From Octopus sinensis (Eukaryota): a stretch of 64,000 nt of DNA. Positions 53,601 to 64,000 of the stretch are shown in pieces; within the stretch, counting starts at the first letter, position 1; every line of letters begins with the position of its first letter. The position numbers and the translations under genes are program-made. The stretch covers positions 126,294,001 to 126,358,000 of the forward strand of contig NC_042998.1 of the NCBI RefSeq assembly GCF_006345805.1, in the 5' to 3' direction. Below the pieces are notes generated by a model that saw nothing but the letters and a program-made list of their open reading frames with translations, ran no database searches and had not been told where the DNA came from.

Positions 53601-55207
53601 AGTGGTAAGTCTATATTCAAGTTGAAATTATCAGGCTGTTGGACTCCTGATCATAAGGTCATGGGTTCAAAGCACCGACTAAGTGGTGAATTGTATTTTT
53701 GTGCAAGTGCTGTAGTCCACTCAGATGAAAGTGATGTATCTACTGTAGACTGTTAACCCAAAATCTTGCAAGTGCAAGATGTTAACAGCTCTTGATGACT
53801 CTGATACTGGATGATCATCGTCATCATGATATAAGTAACCAAAATAATTTCTGTCATTGTATATTTTTTCTGTAATACTTGAACTATTGCTAAGTATTAT
53901 TGGTTAGGTAGATCTTTATTATCACTACAACCTCTCAAAAATAAAGAATTTCTTAATGTTCCATCTTGTTTGTGAGGTTCACTGTTTTCTGATCTGATGT
54001 ATAACTATTTCTTTCCAGTTCTGACTTGGATATTTTCCATTATTAATTCATAGTACTTTCTCACCCTTGAGCAAAAACTCGAGTCCACACGAACTTTATG
54101 CTATATCTACAATTCATTTTGCTCTGCTGTTTTATGGCTTATAGGTGTATGTAATTGAAAGCCTAAAATTAGATTAACTATGGTAATTTGATAATACCAT
54201 CTATGGGGTTTGACTTAGGGTCACAAAGCTTCCCATTGTTTCTACTGTTATGGGTAGTATTTTTTTAATATTATTGCAACACCTTAGAGTGGTGTATTGA
54301 TATAATAGTTAGTGTCATATAACATGTTTTGTGGTATTCTGGTTCTTTACTTTCTAAGTTCAAATCCTGCTGAGATTAAGTTTACCTTTTATCCTTTTTG
54401 GGTTGATAAAATAAACAATCAAGTAGTGGGGTAGATGTAATCTACTTTTCCCTCCTGCTGATATTTAAGACTCTGTGCCTAAGTTAAAACAATTTGTACA
54501 ACACCTTTCTGGCCTTCTTCATCCATGAATTTGAACTCAGTGTGTCGATAAAGCACTCAATTATATGGAGTTTCTGCTTTGTTATTTAAGAAAAACAAAA
54601 TGCTTTGAATATAGTTATGAAGACACTTTTGTGATCCTAGTGACAAAGCTTAACTCCTCATCTAATTTAATACTACCACCTGCTATATGTGTGTCTTTAA
54701 TGGAGTTCACTCTGTTACAAACATTTGGCTCTCCTCCTCTGACAAGTCTTGGAGGTTTGGAAAAAATAAAGGTTAAATATATATATATAAAGACATGAGT
54801 GCTGCCTCACTCTTTGACTAAGTGGTAAAAACAAAATTGAAGTAAAAAACAAAAGGTGTAGTGCTTTTTTGTTTTTTTCAGAGTTTAGTCGTGTCTCCAC
54901 TATTTCTGTAATATAACTCTCTCATGATGCGAAATAGCAATGGTATCTGTATAAATCTATAGTGGTAGAAGTGGGATTAGGCAACTTGAGCAATACTGTT
55001 GGTGCAGCAATGTCTATAACTAAGTAGTCCTATCTCCTTGGTCTCTTCTCCAGTTAGTTTTGCCTTTTTATTAAGTATGATGTATTGTATTTTAATAATA
55101 ATCAGACATGCTACTAATTTAAACTATTTTGAGGAGTGTACATGCTAGATAGTATTAAAAAGCACTTAAGTACAATATATATGTATATATATATATATAA
55201 TATATAT

Positions 55208-55239
<32 letters not shown>

Positions 55240-56090
55240 GATATAGTGTCCAACCCTTGCTAGCATGGAAAATGACTATTAAATGATGATGATATATATA
55301 TATGATGGTGTATATGTTTTTTGTAAATATGTTTTTTACTTAAAGAAATGCAATCATATATGTAGGTTTGTCAGAGTGTATTTCTATAAACCTAGTTTAG
55401 TCTATTGTATCCTACACATTGTTATATATATGTGTGTATATACAATTGCATGTGCTTCTGAGACATTTCCATGGAGCTGTTTTAAAGGATCTATTTCTGT
55501 ATTGATGGGTTTTCCTGGTGAAATTAGATTAGAATATCAGTTCTATTTGATCTTATGCTTAAATGCTTTCAATCATTGATTAAATAGTATTCTTCTCATT
55601 GTTGTATAAGAATTTCATTTAAAGTTATATATATTTATATCAGTGGATCACACACACATGCACATAAGTATGTGGAATGAACTAAAAATCAATGAAGACA
55701 TATACATATAAAAATTATTTTCATTCACCCTGGACATAAAAGAATATAACATGCATGTGTTCACATCACCAGGAAATTGTTTAATATAATCTTGTTTATA
55801 TATACTTGTTATCTTGTGAGGAACCTTGAGGCATCATCAGTGCTGTTATTTGGGTTTTTCACTAATCAGACACCATTGGCCAGGTTACTTAGCTTGGGTT
55901 GAAGTAAGTCCTAGCTTGTCTAGCTTGTGTTGAGAGTTAGCTCTACTCCAAAGGATTTATTTATATATGCACATACATGTGCATATATCTATCTATCCAT
56001 CCATCTATTCTATCTAATATATCTATGCACTCTCACATACACAGAGGATGAAAGAGAGAGAGAGTACTAGCTATGTATGTCTTATATATA

Positions 56091-56964
56091 CAGTACTGTG
56101 CAAAAGTCTTCGGCCACTTTAAACTATTGTAAATTTCTACTCATTGCCAACTTATGAGTGGATGTTTTGCATTGCATTTTTTACAGATGAAACATTGGCC
56201 CTGTTGGAGTCATTTCCATACCTAATCATTATATTTTGTAGTAGAGGTTCTGAATGAGGGGGAGATGAGAGACAATCACCAAAAATGAATAGTGCTAAAT
56301 ACATTCAGTTGCTGAAAGACAATTTGATACCAGACTTGGATGAAGGTGAGATTTTTCAGCATGACGGAACTCCATGCCACAAATTGCATGCAACATAACA
56401 GAGTCTGGTTGATGAAAGTGTTAATGTATTGAAAGACTGGCCAGTTCAGAGCCCTGACTTAAATACCATCGAGCAAATGTGGACAGAACTAAAGAGGAGA
56501 GTTCGTAAGAAGAAGCCACATAATCTTGAAGAGTTGTGGGAGTTCAGCCACTGAGAATGACACCTCATACCTGTGAAGATGGTGAAGGATTTGTATGCAT
56601 CTCTTCCCAGGTGCATTGAAGCTAAGGGAAACCACACAAAATATTAACAATGTACAGTAACTTCTTGAAATGAACATTATGTAACAAATTTTCATTATAA
56701 ACATTTTTCTGTTTTAAAACACTGTATCTTGATTGGTTTATGTGGGGTGACTGAAAACTTTTGCATGGCCATTTTTAGTGGTTGTCTTGCATCTTCCCCT
56801 CATTCAGAACCCCTACTACAAAATATAATGATTAGGTATGGAAATGACACCAACAAGGCCAATGTTTCATCTGTAAAAAACGCCGTGCAAGACATCCACT
56901 TATAAGTTGGCAATTAGCAGAAATTTGCAATAGTTTAAAGTGGCCAAAGACTTTGTGCAACATC
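56091..56964 (+). mobile_element. Internally deleted Tc1-family transposon with ~200-bp inverted arms (D35E spacing)
   Basis: TA-flanked CAGTACTGTGCAAAAG terminus. Transposase C-terminus FQHDGTPCH...[14 protein letters not shown]...KGNHTKY* with stops. 56091-56287 is inverted at 56770-56964. Confidence 0.88.
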
Positions 56965-57421
56965 TATATTCCTCCCTGTGCCTGTCAAATCCTATGTCCC
57001 TGCCATAAGGCTTTACTTCCACACACCAGCTTAATTTAATTCGTCCTTAGTCGAAAGACACCCGTTGTTAATGTCCTGTTATTTGTATTTATGTACCATT
57101 TCTCTGTTTTTTTTACGTCCTTGTTTTCGTATACATTCGCTGCTTTCTTCCAGGGAATCTAGGGCTCTTAGGTTAGTTTTTCCTTGGGGCTGGCCAGATT
57201 AGAGCAATCTCGAGTATAACCAGTCAAAATTGCAAAGATAATCTGGAACTCGACTGAGGAAAGAAAACTCCAAATGACCCATCCTTGTTTTCTTTGTATT
57301 GTCTGTCTGGATGTTTTGTTGTCCCTTTTTTGTATCACCTAACTATCTGGATGTTTTGCGTTCTTGTTCCATTTTTGTATTTTTTATATATATAATATGC
57401 ACATAGATATTTGCATATGAA

Positions 57422-57469
<48 letters not shown>

Positions 57470-59689
57470 TGTGTGAATATCTGTATACATGTGATACACT
57501 TGTGTGTGTGTGTTATCTTTTTACATAAAGTAAAAGAACATTTTATCTGCTTTCTTCACATCTTTACAAGTACATCTCATAATTACATTTATATCTGTGA
57601 TTATTTTTTCTCTTTTCTTGATTTTGCTATTTCAGTTCCTCTTATTCTTTCACTTCCTCTACTTTGTTCCATCTCAACCCCTCTCCTTCCCTTTTCTTTC
57701 ATGTATTGGGCTGCCTTTTACATTCTAGAGTTGTTAGTAATTTTTTTTCCAGAGTATTACATGGTGAAGCCTTTTCTTTTATAAATAGAAACTGATTCAA
57801 TAAAGTATTAAAAAATCTGTTAACATTTGCAGGGATTTACTTATAATTTAGTGATGTAATAAAAGCAAGCAAACTAATTATAGATAAAAGGTGGATTATA
57901 CCTTTTTGATGAAATTCCTCATTTTTATGAAATTTCCATAGCTTCTTAAAAAGAAATTTGTTGCTTCATTCTGATATAACAAGTAGTCATTGTTGTGAAT
58001 TGAAATGCTAACTCAGTAGTGTGTTAGATGAGCAGCTGATCCTATGTGGTGCATTTTGCTGCAGCCGTGTGCAAGTCATTTTAATTTACAAATGGATATA
58101 AAATCTGTGTTGTTATAAGTAGGTACTCTTCAAGTATTGGAAGCTCTGAAAATCAGAAATATTCAGTTAGCATGTAGGTCTGAGTTTCAATCCTGCCATC
58201 ACTGTAACTTAAAGTGGTTGGATTCTATGTTCTTGGTTTGTGCTTCTAAAACTCATTGGTTTATGGAAGTTTGCAATAACAAAAACAACAAATAAAAAGA
58301 GAGAGGAGATGGCCAAGCTAGTAGAATGTTAGATTAAATGCTTTCTACTAAGTTTCTGTTTGCAGTCCAAACCATGTTATCATCAGCTGAGAATTTCATC
58401 CCTTCAGAATCAATGTACTGTGGTTGATTCAATTGAATTACACTTTACCTTTAGTCAATAATGTCTTCAGGAGAAACAAATATCAGGAGATCTCTTTAAA
58501 TCAGAGGTGGCATACAATGCTATTAATTAATGCTTCGGTATAATATCAGCTTTGGTTTGGTTACATATAAATTTCCTTTTGTTTACCTGAGTAATCCAAG
58601 TATGATTTAATTGCAAAAGTCTCTCTCACATGTGTTTTTAATGCTTGACTGTTTACCTTCAATCATTGCTCTTTTCTCTGTGGAACACCTTTATTTTTCA
58701 CTCTTCATATCTGTGTTAATTTATTTACCCTGTGTTGTTTTATATGCAGTCATCACCTTAGTTTCTTCTCTTAGTCCCTTCCCACAATTAATACATTATC
58801 TGACACAGTTCCAACCCTTATTTTAATCATGCAAAAGATATTTATTTGTCCTCTCCATTTTGAACTTTATGACATCAAAATATTTTGTTATGTACTTTCT
58901 CCCACATCCTTTGAACTACATCCACTCACAATAATGATAAAATAGATCATTGAATAAATCAAATATGTAGATTAACATACATTATTTATCTTTTTGTATC
59001 TACCTCCCTATATTTTATTAGTTGATCAAATTGTGTTTCAAAGGAGTATTTCTTTTGTTAAATGTTTAATTATGAAACACTGTAACTTGTTTGCTCATTT
59101 GTTACGCTTCTGTTTTTCCTTGCTAGCAAGGGTTGGAGGAGAATTGTTCACTGCAGCATTTTATGGCTGGATTCGCTTGCTGTCAGTGACCCTTACTTGT
59201 TCTTCAAACAAGCAATTTTTTTTTTATTCCCCTTGTCTTTGAAAGTGCAGAACAACTGGTTGTAATGTCAACAAATAATATAAGCATAATGTTACCGTTT
59301 CTCTCTGACAGTAACAAGATAAACTGTGTATTGTCAACATTCGTACAAGATACTGCACTGTGGCACTGAACACAAAACTATATTATTGCAAAGCAAACTT
59401 CTTAAGCACATAACCATGCTTGTACCTCATTCCTTTATATACTGTTTAAATGTTTCATCTATAATACTTGACTTTATCTTATTTCCATATGCTTATTCTT
59501 GTAACTTTAATTGAATTACAGAGCTAATGACATTTGCAACATCTGTCTAACTATAAAGAAGGTGTAGTAGCAGTGTTCAGTTGATTGTCAAGTTCAAGGA
59601 TACAGCATAGAGGTTTTGAAATAAATTAAGTCAGTTGTTAAACACTTTAATCACATTAACATTACTTTTCTAATAATAATAATAATGAT

Positions 59690-60525
59690 ATCCTTAGTAA
59701 AGAATATTTTTGCAAAATAGAGATCCTATGTTCCATATTAAATGAGGGGGAAACATCTTACAAGCAATGAATATGAGGGCAATGCCCCTAATTAGGTATG
59801 GAGCAGGTCTTATTGAATGTAGAAAGTGTGAACTGAAGGACATTGGTAAGAAGTGAGAAAGCAATTGACAATGCATATGGTCTGATATGGTCTAGTTTAT
59901 ACTGGAGAAAAAAAAAAGGAGAAGGAATAGGACAGAGCCCAAAAGGAGGGAAAAAGAAAAATGTGGAAAAGAATCAAACTTAGAATTAAAGAAAACCCAT
60001 TCAGCATTTTTCAAAAACATGAGAGGTAAGGGATGACAAGGACAACTGGTTACCACTACAGAAAGAGGTACTGAAGAAAGAGAGCAAGAGAGTGCTTTTG
60101 ACAGCATAGGAACAGGTTCTAAGAGTAAACTGCATCAAGAGGACTACTCACCAAATTGCAGAATGTGCAGTGACTCAGATTAAACCATAGCTCACATTGT
60201 ATCAAAATATTCACAGGTAGCTCAGAATAAATACAAAATGTGTAGGTAGGCATGATAATATTGCTGCAACACAAAACTTGAATTTTTTGCAAAAAGAAAA
60301 AGAGTTGGTTTTGCTTGCACAGTAAAAAGCTATAACCATTTTGTGGGAATTGCAATGTAAGCTCTTGAAAACAATGATGTGAAGTTGTTGCACGACTTTC
60401 ATATACAGAGTGAAAGAAAATTAGAACACACCAGGCCAGATATTGCAGTCATTGATAAGAAGAAACTATGTGTTGTAACTGAATGGCATGTCCATTTGAT
60501 GCTAGAGTAAAAAGAAAGGAAAAAG
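59690..60525 (+). mobile_element. R4/Dong-clade LINE fragment (post-RT region, zinc knuckle, restriction-like endonuclease)
   Basis: LNGGNILQAMN.RAMPLIRYGAGLI, CRMCSD...IAHIVS...HDNIAA, and DFHIQSERKLEHTRPDIAVIDKK...ACPFDARV. Confidence 0.85.
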
Positions 60526-61934
60526 GAAAACCCCTGTGTTTATATCTATCTTTCACTCTCCTCCCATGCTCTTGCAATCTTACCCACCCTTCTGGATTCT
60601 TCTGTATCTGCTCCCTTCTATTCACCTTCTGGGACATGTTACCTTCAGGGTACATTCTAGCATCTCATCACTGCTCTATTTACCTCACTTTTGGGCACCA
60701 CCCTACTTCCCCAATTCACCCATGTAAAATGTGAGGTAGCCATGAATCTTCTCCATAACAATAAATCTGTTCTTGCTTTTCCTATTATTAACCACTCAAC
60801 ACATCACTTAAAACAATTACCCTATCTCCTGTCTCTCAGTCTTTCAAGTTACAAGGTGAATTCATAGTGCTGGTGCCATGGAAAAAGCATCTAGTATACT
60901 CTGTTAAATGGTTGGTATTAGGAAGGGCATCCAGTTATAGACACCATGGCAAAATGGGATTTTGGACCAAGACATGGGTCCCTAGCCTGTTGGATCTTGT
61001 CAAAATGTCCAACTCACTCCAGCATGAAAAGTGGACCTAAAAATGATGAAGATGCTGTTGACAATGAACAGAGATAACTGTAAAAGAACAAAAAAACTAA
61101 CAGGCTTCCACACAATTTCCACCTGCCAAATTCCACTGAGGCTACACTAGAAGATAAATTCCCAAGGTACCAAGTTGTGAGATCATACCTGGAATCTTGT
61201 GGTTATAAAATGAATATTTTTAACCTGATGACTATATAAGTTATGACTTTGACAGTAACCCTGTAGCTTCGTTATTTGTGCTCACCATACACAAAGCCTC
61301 AGCAGTACAGATTGTGGTTATTCAACAACACCCTTATATTTGTTTTGACTTTTTGGCTGGTGTAGATAGCACACACATCCACCTTCTCACATACACTGTC
61401 ACTGACACCGATATCATAATTGATATCTAATTGAGGGTTACTTAGTATTAAATTCTTTAACAGCTTGATTACATCAACCTTATTAAAAAGTAAGTTATTT
61501 GGCACCTGTTTAAAAATAGCTTTTATAAGAATTTGGTTTTGTCAAAGGTTGTTAATAAAGTTAGTTGGGCTGGTTGTTAAATTTTTTTTTCTATTAACTT
61601 GCTGTTGGCAGTATATAAAAAAAGACAATGCAGCAAAAAACAGAAAACAACAACTTACATTCTTTGATTTATTGCTTTCCTTACTGTTTAATCTTTCTTT
61701 GATTTGACTTAGTCATGTCTCTAATAATACTGACTAAACTTAAGGCCACAAACTTATAGAAAAAGGAATGTATGATTGAACTATCCCTCCAGCGAAACTT
61801 GGTACTAATTTTACCTACATCAAATATAATGTAGAATATGTTGTTGATTGACCTTAGTTGGATTTATGGACAAAACTAAATACTGTAAGACTTATTTAAC
61901 CCTGTTATCTATTATTTCATTTACTTATAAACTG

Positions 61935-62250
61935 GTTTAATATAGTGCGTGTGCACATACATGCAAGTACTGTCCAAATCTCTGACCAATCACATACAGC
62001 TAGCTGGCATTCAATTGGCGTATCAAGTTTCAGGTATTTTGATTGGGTTTTGGATAGAAAATTCACAAAAAAGTCACTTCTATTGATTTTTTAATGGCTT
62101 TGCTGGGTGACTGGGGAAATGTAAAGATGTGCATGGCCACCCTTGGATGGTTTTGAATGACCATAGAAAGTGCGAGCCCTCTAACTGAAAAATTGTGGAT
62201 TTGTATAAAGGACACGCACGCAGACATTTTGCCGTTTATATATATAGAGA
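61935..62250 (-). mobile_element. Non-autonomous Helitron-like element (3' end degenerate)
   Basis: The minus strand begins TCTCTATATATATAAACGGCAAAATGTCTGCGTGCGTG, the same style of 5' end as the element at 24891-25188. Confidence 0.55.
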
Positions 62251-62684
62251 TGACTAATAGTAATTTTTTTGACTAGGTTGCACAATGCCAATATTTGGTG
62301 GGAGATAGGTATATTTGATTTGACCTTAAAATATTACTCGGACTTATTTTGGTTCCATAGTAATATAAAACAGACCCAATTCAAGGTGTTCTACATGAAA
62401 TTGTGGGTATAACACAACTAGCCATCACTTGTGAACAAATATGGCTTGGTAACAAGTACCATTGCTTTCACTAATTGTTTTAGTGAAAGCGTGGTACAAG
62501 TTAACCAGCAGAACATCCAGAATGTGCCAGCTGGAGAGAAAGAGGGCTGCACCTGTACTCAGCTGTTATTCATTATTGATGAAAAGGCTGAGCAACATGT
62601 AATGAAGTGTCTTGCTCAAGATGTGTTACTTATTCCAGGAATTGAATCCATGTAATCATGAGCTGAATACTCTAATTACTAGAC

Positions 62685-63087
62685 CATGCATGGGCAACCT
62701 GTGGCCTCCGGTCTGCATGCAGTTCTCAACATGTTGTGTGGCCTTCAATGAGTTTCTAGGTTACTAATTTCTACAAGTGAAAAATTTTTCTCAAATTTTC
62801 CAATTATTAACCTTATTGTCTCTCACCTCTTAAACTTGCACTTCAATTTTGCATTTAATTTCGTCCCGCCTTCCTTCTCTCTCTCTCGATGTACATTAGG
62901 AAACAATGAAAGAGATGCCAGCTTAATGTAAACTTTCATACTAAGACAAATAAAATTAAGAACTGCAAACAATTCAGTGTTAAGTGGGCAAGTAATATTT
63001 CATGCAGATGTGTTTTATCATGCGGCCCTCTCCCGCTTGGAAATGGTATGATGCATCCCCCAGTTGACGAAAAGTTGCCCATCCCTG
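62685..63087. mobile_element. Non-autonomous hAT (Charlie-like) element
   Basis: TIRs CATGCATGGGCAAC / GTTGCCCATCCCTG with near-identical 8-bp TSDs TACTAGAC / CATTAGAC. Confidence 0.8.
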
Positions 63088-64000
63088 CATTAGACTCTGT
63101 TTTCACTCAAGGCCCTGTGGGAGGACTTAGACTGGTGGTTTGTGCAGTCTTAAGTGATATTACATTCAATACTGCATATATAGGCTTTTACACCATCTAA
63201 AGAATCAAATATTTCAAACAAAACACAATATCAAAAGATTGTTTCATGGTTCTCTATAAAATTCCAACCACCTTACGACTTCCAGAATAGCTGGAATTTC
63301 CATAGGCCCTGTTTGTAGTATTTTATTGGTCTTTGATGACACGGTCCCTGTGTTAAGTTGTCTATGTATAAAAATATTGTTCTTTAAAACAAAAAATGAA
63401 TATACAAATCAAAATGTATTGTTTATAGAAACAAAATATGAGATTAATAGTTTGATAAGCTTACACTTTTCAATGGTCAGAATGTGTGCATGTGTTACTG
63501 CATCTAATTGAGCAGTTGAATATCAATCTTTCATATGTGGAAACAATAAGAAATTAGTATAATTGGCAACTCATTAGGAGAGAAACATCATAAAAGCACA
63601 CCATGAAAATCATAACTGTTCAACTAATTGGTGTTGAAGATATAGATTTTTGCTACTACTTGACACTAAGCTGGGGCATGCTTCGTTAGCAGTAAGATGA
63701 CTGTTAATAGAGATGGATGTGGAAAAAAAACTTGCAACAAATGTAATCTGTAGACAACTCAAAGTAAAAATTATACCGCAGTGTGGTTTCATGAGTTATT
63801 GTGGAGTTAATTAAGTTGATTTTTATAAATGGAAATAAGGGAATTATATGCAGTAATGATTTTTGTGTCACGTGTATTAACTTTTCTTTCTCTAAAACAG
63901 GTATGCTCAATTTCAAAAATAGTAAAATGCTATGTTACTTTTTAAGCAATATATAGATTTAAAAAACTTATTTAAAAGTTTCATGTTTTATTTTTTAATT

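Overview
AT-rich, microsatellite- and transposon-dense animal genomic DNA. The repeat families and their density suggest an octopus or other coleoid cephalopod (inference, not verified). Two protein-coding genes diverge from a ~26-27 kb TE-filled intergenic interval. On the minus strand are the first four coding exons of CCDC149 (12150-12103, 4948-4790, 2351-2292, 542-438; all GT-AG, phase 0); the gene runs off the left edge. On the plus strand is coding exon 1 of the STE20-like kinase SLK (39717-39884), followed by an intron of >24 kb in which no exon 2 was found. The rest is SINEs, decayed RTE, R4-like and CR1 LINEs, a Gypsy relic, Tc1/maT and hAT elements, Helitrons and simple repeats. The most unusual element is a head-to-head palindromic tRNA-SINE dimer with Penelope-type minimal hammerhead-ribozyme motifs, inserted as one unit with a 9-bp TSD (8890-9417). 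There is also a high density of long inverted repeats (6321-6653, 8890-9417, 13521-14302, 25215-25972, 56091-56964), three of them intronic and so candidate dsRNA/ADAR substrates. A candidate recursive splice site lies at 63900/63901. No CRISPR arrays, rRNA genes or intact tRNA genes were seen.
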